Virus record (IMG/VR): IMGVR_UViG_3300009158_000043
Length of the DNA: 64,000 nt
Direction: 5' to 3' (one strand)
DNA from: an uncultured virus (IMG/VR IMGVR_UViG_3300009158_000043)
Lineage: Duplodnaviria; Heunggongvirae; Uroviricota; Caudoviricetes
Shown: positions 20,649 through 26,998 of the stretch, in pieces
How the letters are laid out: each line of letters starts with the position of its first letter
Numbering within the stretch: the first letter of the stretch is position 1
Program-made: the position numbers and the translations under genes
Notes under the pieces: model-generated
Told to the model about the DNA's origin: nothing
The model's database searches: none
What the model saw: only the letters and a program-made list of their open reading frames with translations

Positions 20649-20722
20649 CGGACTAAGTAGGGATCGAACCTACGACCTATTGATTAACAGTCAATTGCTA
20701 CTACCTGCTGAGCTATTAGTCC
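20649..20722 (-). tRNA. tRNA-Asn(GTT)
   Basis: Loop CTGTTAA. Confidence 0.9.
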
Positions 20723-20736
20723 ATTTTATTTTTTTG

Positions 20737-20807
20737 CACGTCCACCAGGATTTGAACCTGGATCGTCGGTTTTGGAGACCAGTATGCTACCATTGCACCA
20801 TAGACGC
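20737..20807 (-). tRNA. tRNA-Trp(CCA)
   Basis: Loop CTCCAAA. Confidence 0.85.
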
Positions 20808-20817
20808 GTATAAAAAG

Positions 20818-20888
20818 AGGTTCCTACTGGATTTGAACCAGTGTAAAAGCTTTTGCAGAGCTTCACCTCGCCTCTCGGTCAAGGAACC
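20818..20888 (-). tRNA. tRNA-Cys(GCA)
   Basis: Loop CTGCAAA. Confidence 0.9.
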
Positions 20889-20894
20889 TTAATA

Positions 20895-21015
20895 TGGTGG
20901 GGAAGGGTAGATTTGAACTACCAATTTTTCAATTTACTGTTGATTGCGATGTATCTCTATTCATTGCTATCATTACTGAAGAATATCGAAAGAGCTTTCT
21001 TTTTGCTTCTTCCCC
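20895..21015 (-). ncRNA. tRNA-ended RNA with an internal Y-like stem motif
   Basis: GGGGAAG/CTTCCCC acceptor, ACCA end, T arm GGTAG-TTCAAAT-CTACC; internal TAGCAATGAATAGAGATACATC. Confidence 0.7.
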
Positions 21016-21029
21016 CTATATTTTTACTG

Positions 21030-21104
21030 TACTCCGCCCGAGACTCGAACTCGGACAATTCCTGATCCTAAATCAGGCGCCTTTACCAATTTGGCCAGCA
21101 GAGC
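21030..21104 (-). tRNA. tRNA-Leu(TAG) with short variable loop
   Basis: Loop TTTAGGA; no long variable arm. Confidence 0.85.
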
Positions 21105-21106
21105 AT

Positions 21107-21517
21107 TTATTTACTTTTTCTTCCTCTAAATGTCGGCGTTTGAGAATGACAATTAGGACATAAAATTCTTAAATTTTCAAGTCGATTATCCATATTATTT
21201 CCATTAATATGATCTAATTCTAAAATTAAATTTTTTCCATTCCATATTTCACAAATACCGCATTCTTCACATTTAGGAGTTTTATATCCATCTATGAATA
21301 ATCTTTCTTTTAAGAATGGAGTACGTACTTTTTTATTATTTGCAAAAATCTCAGTTAAATCATAATCTGCTACTCCTTTTCCTCCTTGATTAGGTTTCCA
21401 TATTCCTAATTTAATTGCTTTTCTTTTAAATGTAGAATACGGGATTCCTAATTCAATTGCAGCTTTTGCCATCGTCGAATTATTTTTACATGCATTAATT
21501 ATTTTTTCATCATTCAT
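21107..21517 (-). CDS. HNH homing endonuclease
   Basis: CEECG..LELDHINGNNMDNRLENLRILCPNCHSQT. Confidence 0.9.
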   Translation of the reverse strand: MNDEKIINACKNNSTMAKAAIELGIPYSTFKRKAIKLGIWKPNQGGKGVADYDLTEIFANNKKVRTPFLKERLFIDGYKTPKCEECGICEIWNGKNLILELDHINGNNMDNRLENLRILCPNCHSQTPTFRGRKSK

Positions 21518-21547
21518 GGTAGACGCTTTATTATTATTTATACGACT

Positions 21548-22207
21548 TTACCAAAATAATGTTTCCGTCGCTCCCATAGCATTTTTGGAATTAATGAATC
21601 GTCTTACTGTAGTATGACTAACTTTCCATTTTTTAGAAAGTCTTCCAATATAACCAAATTTTTCTTTTTCATTTTTAATATCTATAATTCTATTATTAAT
21701 TTCCTCAACAGATAATAAATTTCCATTATTTTTAGACATTAATTTTTTTGAACGATCAGTATGCTTTTTATTTTTAAATCCACTAGATTTTCCATTTTTA
21801 GTTACTTTTCCATTAGAACTCCAACCTTTAATTTTTCCAGAAGCATATGAATTTTTTAATGTTTTAGAGACCTTTAAATACATTTTTTTCTTAAATTCAA
21901 TATCTTCTTTTATTCTTTTTAATATATGATCCCAACCTCCTTCTCCTCCAATTTTTGAATTATATGTTGACCTATCATTTACTATATCTTCATTAACTAA
22001 TTCTTTTTCTTTAAGAAGAGCTTCTTCTTTTGTTGGAAAAATGTATAAAATTTCTTTAATAAAAGATTCCTTTCCGTATTTTTTTATTGCAGATATTATT
22101 AATTTTCCTGATCCTAAATATTCATCATTTATATTAGTTGTAGAATGATATCCAATATACCATTTTTTATTAATAGTATTTGTTGTTTTATAGATAATAT
22201 GATACAT
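21548..22207 (-). CDS. GIY-YIG (Seg-like) homing endonuclease
   Basis: IIYKTTN..WYIG..YLGSG..E..YN; NUMOD3-like KKHT. Confidence 0.9.
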   Translation of the reverse strand: MYHIIYKTTNTINKKWYIGYHSTTNINDEYLGSGKLIISAIKKYGKESFIKEILYIFPTKEEALLKEKELVNEDIVNDRSTYNSKIGGEGGWDHILKRIKEDIEFKKKMYLKVSKTLKNSYASGKIKGWSSNGKVTKNGKSSGFKNKKHTDRSKKLMSKNNGNLLSVEEINNRIIDIKNEKEKFGYIGRLSKKWKVSHTTVRRFINSKNAMGATETLFW

Positions 22208-22252
22208 GAACCTACGTGTTTTAATTATTTATTTGAACCGGTAGGTTCAAAG

Positions 22253-22324
22253 TCGAGAAGACAAGGATCGAACTTGCGTGGTCTAGTTCCCAAAACTAGT
22301 GCCTGGCCTCTAGGCTACTTCTCG
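22253..22324 (-). tRNA. tRNA-Pro(TGG)
   Basis: Loop TTTGGGA. Confidence 0.9.
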
Positions 22325-22391
22325 ATAATAGTGAAGACTAATTTATTTTCTTCACTAATTAACTTTCCAATATGTCAAATAACTATTACTG

Positions 22392-22465
22392 TGATCCTGG
22401 CGCGATTCGAACGCACGACCTACTGCTTAGAAGGCAGTTGCTCTATCCAGCTGAGCTACAAGATC
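22392..22465 (-). tRNA. tRNA-Arg(TCT)
   Basis: Loop CTTCTAA. Confidence 0.9.
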
Positions 22466-22470
22466 ATTAG

Positions 22471-22551
22471 TACTCGGGAAGGGACTCGAACCCTCACGCA
22501 AAAAGCATTCGATTTTAAGCCGAACGTGTCTACCAGTTTCACCACCCAAGC
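22471..22551 (-). tRNA. tRNA-Leu(TAA)
   Basis: Loop CTTAAAA; variable arm present. Confidence 0.9.
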
Positions 22552-22573
22552 ATTTTTATTCAAAGAACGTCAG

Positions 22574-22647
<74 letters not shown>

Positions 22648-22648
22648 A

Positions 22649-22726
22649 TGGTGGAAGCGATCGGACTCGAACCAATATCTCTGGATTTTCAGTCCAGTGC
22701 GAGCTGACCATCTGCGCTACGCTTCC
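22649..22726 (-). tRNA. tRNA-Phe(GAA), CCA encoded
   Basis: Loop CTGAAAA; ACCA end. Confidence 0.9.
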
Positions 22727-22730
22727 AAAG

Positions 22731-22811
22731 TGGGAGTAAAAGGACTCGAACCTTTGAACTCTAAGAGGGCGGATTTACAGTCCGCTGTAATTGCCGCTAT
22801 ACGATACTCCC
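22731..22811 (-). tRNA. tRNA-Tyr(GTA)
   Basis: Loop CTGTAAA; variable arm. Confidence 0.9.
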
Positions 22812-22895
22812 ATTATTTGTGGATCAAATTTATACTATTTTAGGCTCACATTATAAACTATTTGATCCACATCGATAGTTTACATGATCCATATG

Positions 22896-22969
22896 TGGAC
22901 CTTACAGGATTTGAACCTGTGACCTTCAGATTATGAGTCTGTTGCTCTAACCAGCTGAGCTAAGGGTCC
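22896..22969 (-). tRNA. tRNA with CAT anticodon, probably Ile2
   Basis: Loop CTCATAA; GGACCCT acceptor resembles Ile2. Confidence 0.85.
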
Positions 22970-23073
22970 AATTCAAAGAACAATGACTAAGTCGTCCTTC
23001 TAGAGGCCAGTGATTTCAGGAAACCTTTTATTTGAAATAATTATGGTGTTTGAATATTCACTGGGCAGCAGAA

Positions 23074-23175
23074 TTAGAATCGGCTCAGTGAACTATTATA
23101 ATTCGACAAGCCTAACTGCCACGCTAGATGCTGCGCGCACGGTCTATAAATTCGTATGTTAGCTTGTTTTAACAT
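23074..23175 (-). CDS. 33-aa putative leader peptide
   Basis: MLKQANIRIYRPCAQHLAWQLGLSNYNSSLSRF, between a promoter and the tRNA block. Confidence 0.5.
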   Translation of the reverse strand: MLKQANIRIYRPCAQHLAWQLGLSNYNSSLSRF

Positions 23176-23263
23176 TTTGTTTGTTTGTGAATTATTGTTA
23201 TTCTTAGTTATTTATACACAAAAAAGCGACTAAGTTTCACAATTTTGTAAATTATTTATTTTA

Positions 23264-23337
23264 GATCCTTAAAGCAGAATTGAACTGCTGACCTCTTCGA
23301 TACCAACGAAGTGCTCTGCCATCTGAGCTATTAAGGA
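23264..23337 (-). tRNA. tRNA-Thr(GGT), atypical acceptor
   Basis: Loop TTGGTAT; TCCTTAA/TTAAGGA acceptor. Confidence 0.75.
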
Positions 23338-23342
23338 ATTTG

Positions 23343-23415
23343 AGCCTTCGACAGGGATCGAACCTGCGACCTAATGATTACAAATCATTTGCTCTACCAG
23401 CTGAGCTACAAAGGC
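23343..23415 (-). tRNA. tRNA-Thr(TGT)
   Basis: Loop TTTGTAA. Confidence 0.9.
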
Positions 23416-23420
23416 TTATG

Positions 23421-23495
23421 TGACCCTAACTGGATTCGAACCAGTGACCTCTACCTTGTCGAAGTAGCGCTCTAAACCAACTGAGCTATGTGGCC
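23421..23495 (-). tRNA. tRNA-Val(GAC), degenerate
   Basis: Loop TCGACAA (C33); two acceptor mismatches. Confidence 0.65.
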
Positions 23496-23496
23496 A

Positions 23497-23600
23497 TGGC
23501 GGCAAAGCGAAAACCTGCTAGATTTATCCTCTCAACCATAGATGCATCTACAGGGAAACCCTTGTTTGCACTAAGCTCGGACTGACTACCGGCATTTGCC
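23497..23600 (-). ncRNA. Unidentified structured RNA with acceptor-like stem and GCCA end
   Basis: GGCAAA...TTTGCC-GCCA; internal hairpins; sits between tRNAs. Confidence 0.5.
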
Positions 23601-23623
23601 AAAATTTCTCCTGACCGATATTG

Positions 23624-23696
23624 AGCGAAAGGCGAGGTTCAAACTCGCGACCTCAACCTTGGCAAGGTTGCGCTCTATCAACTGAGCTACTTTCGC
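23624..23696 (-). tRNA. tRNA-Gly(GCC)
   Basis: Loop TTGCCAA. Confidence 0.9.
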
Positions 23697-23782
23697 AGTT
23701 CGAGTGACATCAAACTTGCGTTTGAGCTAGAAGTGGAAACACTGTTGAACTACTATTATTCGCTCAATCAGTGCCGCGGCAC

Positions 23783-24280
23783 TCACTCTACTAGGGCAAC
23801 GCCAAATATTTCTTCCTTAGAAATATTCAATAGTTTTGAAAAAGATGGCATTGTAGGTATTGCCTTCAATCGCATACCAGCTTCGTCTGGAGTCTTGTTG
23901 TCCTTTCTGCTATTACATCGAGTACAACAAGTTACAAGGTTTTCCCAAGTATTTTTTCCACCTCTTGATCGTGGTAAAACGTGGTCAAGTGTCAAATTTT
24001 CTCGAGAATCACAATACACACATTGATGACCATCTCTCTTGTAAATATTCGGTTTACTTAAGTTTATCTTTCTATATGGCAAGTAGATATATTTCAACAA
24101 TCTAATTACCTTTGGTGCAGCAATTTGTTCAGTCACCAATGAAAATTTTCTAGTCTTATCGGTAGTGATAACTTCTGCCTTTCCCTTATAGAGCAACTTA
24201 TAACCCTTTACAAAAGAGGTTGTGTTGATCGGCTGGTAATCTGCATTCAATACTAATATTTTAAAGTCAGTCATCATCAT
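23783..24280 (-). CDS. HNH endonuclease, McrA-like (start moved)
   Basis: LVLNADYQP, RDGHQCVYC, TLDHVLPRSRGG..WENLVTCCTRCN. Confidence 0.9.
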   Translation of the reverse strand: MMMTDFKILVLNADYQPINTTSFVKGYKLLYKGKAEVITTDKTRKFSLVTEQIAAPKVIRLLKYIYLPYRKINLSKPNIYKRDGHQCVYCDSRENLTLDHVLPRSRGGKNTWENLVTCCTRCNSRKDNKTPDEAGMRLKAIPTMPSFSKLLNISKEEIFGVALVE

Positions 24281-24294
24281 TGTTAAATTATTTG

Positions 24295-24360
24295 TGCACA
24301 CAGTAGGACTCGAACCTACAACCTCACCATTAAGAGTGGCGAGCTCTACCAATTAAGCTA
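24295..24360 (-). pseudogene. tRNA-Lys(CTT) lacking its 5' acceptor strand
   Basis: D arm, loop CTCTTAA and T arm present; the upstream 7 nt are the end of the endonuclease ORF and do not pair with TGTGTGC. Confidence 0.7.
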
Positions 24361-25003
24361 CCAAATCAATCACTTTTTTAATTACTGTGTTAAAATCTGT
24401 TAAAAGATCTTTAGCATTTATTCTGTAAACAGTCCATCCTAATGATTGCAATGCGTTGTCTCGTTCTTCATCTTTAATTTTAACAGAATCTTGAGAATGT
24501 GTAGCACCATCTATTTCAATGTTTATCTTTAAATCTATAAAAGCAAAATCTAAACTATAACGTTTTATTGGATATTCTTGAACCCAACCACAAATTTTAT
24601 ATGTTTCTAATGCTTCTCTAAAAATCTTTTCAGGATAGCTTTCTTTAGATGAATGATTTAGCAAATATGGAATATTTCCAGGGTTTTCATCTAAATACCG
24701 TTTTCTTGATACAGATATTTTTTGTTTATGTTCTTCAGATAAACTTATGTCTTTACGAATTTTGCTAATTTTTTCTTTTGAACTTTCTGTATTTGGGTTT
24801 TGCTTACACCATGTTTGATGGCCGGCTAAACTTTTGCCTAACGAAAATTCTTTATTACAATACTTACATTTTAATTCTTTATCTACGGATTCAGTTTTCT
24901 TTCTTCCTACTTTATATTGCTCATTTCTGTTATGAACTGAACAATGTCCTATATAAGAATGTCTTTTTTCAAACTCTTTATTACAAATCTTACAAGTATA
25001 CAT
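24353..25003 (-). CDS. Zinc-finger/NUMOD3 plus DUF559 (Vsr-like) endonuclease (start moved)
   Basis: CxxC..H fingers, SEEHKQKIS, YSLDFAF..IEIDGATH..D.ERD..L...GWTVYRI. Confidence 0.85.
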   Translation of the reverse strand: MYTCKICNKEFEKRHSYIGHCSVHNRNEQYKVGRKKTESVDKELKCKYCNKEFSLGKSLAGHQTWCKQNPNTESSKEKISKIRKDISLSEEHKQKISVSRKRYLDENPGNIPYLLNHSSKESYPEKIFREALETYKICGWVQEYPIKRYSLDFAFIDLKINIEIDGATHSQDSVKIKDEERDNALQSLGWTVYRINAKDLLTDFNTVIKKVIDLVA

Positions 25004-25025
25004 GTGATATTTTATTTTATATATC

Positions 25026-25061
25026 AAAGTATAGTGCTCTAGCCAACTGAGCTACGAAGTC
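25026..25061 (-). pseudogene. 5' half of a tRNA, probably Lys(TTT)
   Basis: GACTTCG-TAGCTCAGTTGGCTAGAGC-A-CTATA-CTTT, then breaks off at the anticodon. Confidence 0.65.
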
Positions 25062-25144
25062 ATTACTACGTAACTCATGGTGAAGTTACGTGTGTTTACC
25101 GTTTATATTTGTGCTTTCGTTTCATTTTTATTTTTTTCTTTTTT

Positions 25145-25220
25145 TGGTTGAAGCAGTGAGACTCGAACTCACGATAACTAGTTTGTAATACTAGGACTTT
25201 TGCCACTAAGCTATGCTTCA
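25145..25220 (-). tRNA. tRNA-Val(TAC), CCA encoded, atypical acceptor
   Basis: Loop ATTACAA; TGAAGCA/TGCTTCA. Confidence 0.8.
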
Positions 25221-25233
25221 ATATGTACTAAAT

Positions 25234-25264
25234 AAAAAACCTCGAATTTTTTAGGTTCGAGGTT
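25234..25264 (-). terminator. Attenuator terminator upstream of tRNA-Val
   Basis: AACCTCGAA-loop-TTCGAGGTT plus T run. Confidence 0.8.
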
Positions 25265-25291
25265 CTTTGTAAAACAATATTATATGTTTAA

Positions 25292-25399
25292 TTACTCGAA
25301 CCTCTTTATACTAGCGCCTTTTAGCGTTTGCACAAACTTCACTCCTGTTGGAATATGATTCCAATTGCGAGATAACGATATGTTTGAATAATTTTTCAT
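25292..25399 (-). CDS. 35-aa putative leader peptide
   Basis: MKNYSNISLSRNWNHIPTGVKFVQTLKGASIKRFE; its last codons are complementary to the terminator 5' arm and loop. Confidence 0.65.
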   Translation of the reverse strand: MKNYSNISLSRNWNHIPTGVKFVQTLKGASIKRFE

Positions 25400-25447
25400 T
25401 TTATACTATTATTTATACTTAAACCGATTGAACAGTTTCACTTTTTG

Positions 25448-25960
25448 TTAATTTCTTCCATTTAATTGTTCATGAATGTAATTATATGCATCAATTACGC
25501 TCACACGAAGATCGTCAATTGTACCAGTATTTGCAATTATCACATCTGAATATTTTTCAACATCGATATTCATAGACTCTTGTGATTCACGTGGCAATCT
25601 TGGATTTATAACACCAATGATCGCATCAAATACGTGTTGTTTAATACATGCAGTCAATTCCACTTGACTTCGCATGCCGACATACACATCTGCACGTTTC
25701 ACAATATCTTTTGCTAATCGCGCTTGATCCGCAGAATTATATGCACAAATTAAGTCATACCATTCAGCTCGGTGATTTGCGCGATCATTAAAACATTCTT
25801 CGATATCGCGATATCCATATTTTTCTTTTAGAACATCAAATACAAAAATTGATGAAGATGCTTCTGAACTTGCTAGATGCGTTAATCCAAATTCTTCTTC
25901 TAATATTGCAGCGACTGTATCTTTACCGTGCCTTCCGTGACCTAAGATTAATAACTTCAT
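25448..25960 (-). CDS. dNMP kinase-like P-loop protein
   Basis: LGHGRHGKDT Walker A; GMR. Confidence 0.8.
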   Translation of the reverse strand: MKLLILGHGRHGKDTVAAILEEEFGLTHLASSEASSSIFVFDVLKEKYGYRDIEECFNDRANHRAEWYDLICAYNSADQARLAKDIVKRADVYVGMRSQVELTACIKQHVFDAIIGVINPRLPRESQESMNIDVEKYSDVIIANTGTIDDLRVSVIDAYNYIHEQLNGRN

Positions 25961-25969
25961 TTAATTTAG

Positions 25970-26041
25970 TAGTCCCAACGAGAATCGAACTCGTGTTTCT
26001 AGGATGAAAACCTAACGTCCTTACCCCTAGACGATGGGACC
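25970..26041 (-). tRNA. tRNA-Glu(TTC)
   Basis: Loop TTTTCAT. Confidence 0.9.
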
Positions 26042-26046
26042 AAGTA

Positions 26047-26180
26047 AACCAGAGAAAATTGTGAGAGTGTTATCTAGTGCTACCGTTACACCATACATCG
26101 TTTCCGATGCACTGGGATTCGAACCCAGACTTCTTTTGTTTAGAAAAAAATTGAAGTAACTCTCAACATTACTACTGATT
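26047..26180 (-). ncRNA. Y-RNA-like RNA 1 (permuted tRNA module)
   Basis: Paired ends; TAGTAA..GAGAGTTACTTC; T arm, GAAA-capped acceptor-like stem, then D arm. Confidence 0.8.
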
Positions 26181-26190
26181 TATATTTTTG

Positions 26191-26263
26191 AGCGAAAGAC
26201 CGGGTTCGAACCGGCCACCCTCAGCTTGGAAGGCTGACGCTCTACCAAATGAGCTACTTTCGC
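26191..26263 (-). tRNA. tRNA-Gly(TCC)
   Basis: Loop CTTCCAA. Confidence 0.9.
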
Positions 26264-26335
26264 GGTTAGATCGAACGAATTGCTGGTCCCGGCACTATAT
26301 CCAGCATTTGGCGGGATATTCGATCTATTATAATT

Positions 26336-26474
26336 TAAGACGAGAAATTGAATAGAGGTTGTTTTTCTAAAACAAGTTATGAGCTTGTCGACTGACCATT
26401 TGTCTAATCTGCCATGGGGCAAATATTGGATTCGAACCAATAAATTGAAGTAACTCTAATCTTGCTACGTCTTA
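26336..26474 (-). ncRNA. Y-RNA-like RNA 2
   Basis: TAAGACG/CGTCTTA ends; TAGCAA..TAGAGTTACTTC; T arm before D arm. Confidence 0.8.
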
Positions 26475-26482
26475 TTAATGTT

Positions 26483-26620
26483 TAGGTAAAGAAAGTTTCC
26501 GATCGTATGTTTAGCGCTCTATCCACTGAGCTACAGACGGCCTCTCAGCCATCCGACGGGATTTGAACCCGCGACCTCTCGTTTACAAGACGAAGTAACG
26601 ATCATGATTACTATTACCTA
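26483..26620 (-). ncRNA. Y-RNA-like RNA 3
   Basis: TAGGTAA/TTACCTA ends; GATCGTTACTTC; anticodon-like arm, T arm, closed acceptor, D arm. Confidence 0.8.
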
Positions 26621-26628
26621 TAATAAGT

Positions 26629-26757
26629 TTATCAGGAGAAAATTGCAAAGGTGTACGGCTTGCGCCGCTTCGGGGGAGTTGAACCCCCAACCCATTTTTT
26701 TGCAGAAAATTGCTCAACCATTGAGCTAGAAGTAACCTTTACGTTGCTACCTGATAA
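26629..26757 (-). ncRNA. Y-RNA-like RNA 4
   Basis: TTATCAGG/CCTGATAA ends; AAAGGTTACTTC; D, anticodon and T arms in normal order plus a GCAA hairpin. Confidence 0.8.
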
Positions 26758-26784
26758 TAATATTTTTCAAAGAACTAATATTTT

Positions 26785-26875
26785 AAATTATTGAGGTAAA
26801 GTTGCCTAGAGTGTCGTTTTTGGTTTTTTCCTATAAAAGTTAGAAGTAACTCTTTAGCTTGCCACTCAATAATTT
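26785..26875 (-). ncRNA. Y-RNA-like RNA 5 (minimal, no tRNA module)
   Basis: AAATTATTGAG/CTCAATAATTT ends; TGGCAA..AGAGTTACTTC; A-rich loop. Confidence 0.75.
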
Positions 26876-26882
26876 ATTTTTG

Positions 26883-26985
26883 TTACCGAAGCAGGATTCG
26901 AACCTGCGGTCATTGGAGTATTGGTGTTAGGTCACCACTCCTCAGACTATTCCTAATTAGCATTAAGCCGCTCTGCCATTCAGCA
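26883..26985 (-). ncRNA. tRNA-like RNA without a canonical anticodon arm
   Basis: Acceptor TGCTGAA/TTCGGTA, D arm, T arm GCAGG-TTCGAAT-CCTGC; about 53-nt atypical middle. Confidence 0.6.
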
Positions 26986-26998
26986 ATCTTGTGATTGA

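Noticed and set aside
20895..21015. tmRNA
   Set aside because: Only 121 nt, no G3:U70 and no tag reading frame.
24295..25061. Group I intron in tRNA-Lys
   Set aside because: The ORF fills the gap with no room for a ribozyme core, the D arm is present twice and the acceptor strands do not match.
26047..26875. Y-like cluster read as a CRISPR array or as decayed tRNA pseudogenes
   Set aside because: The shared part is a short covarying helix, not an identical repeat, and the T-before-D order recurs too consistently for random decay.
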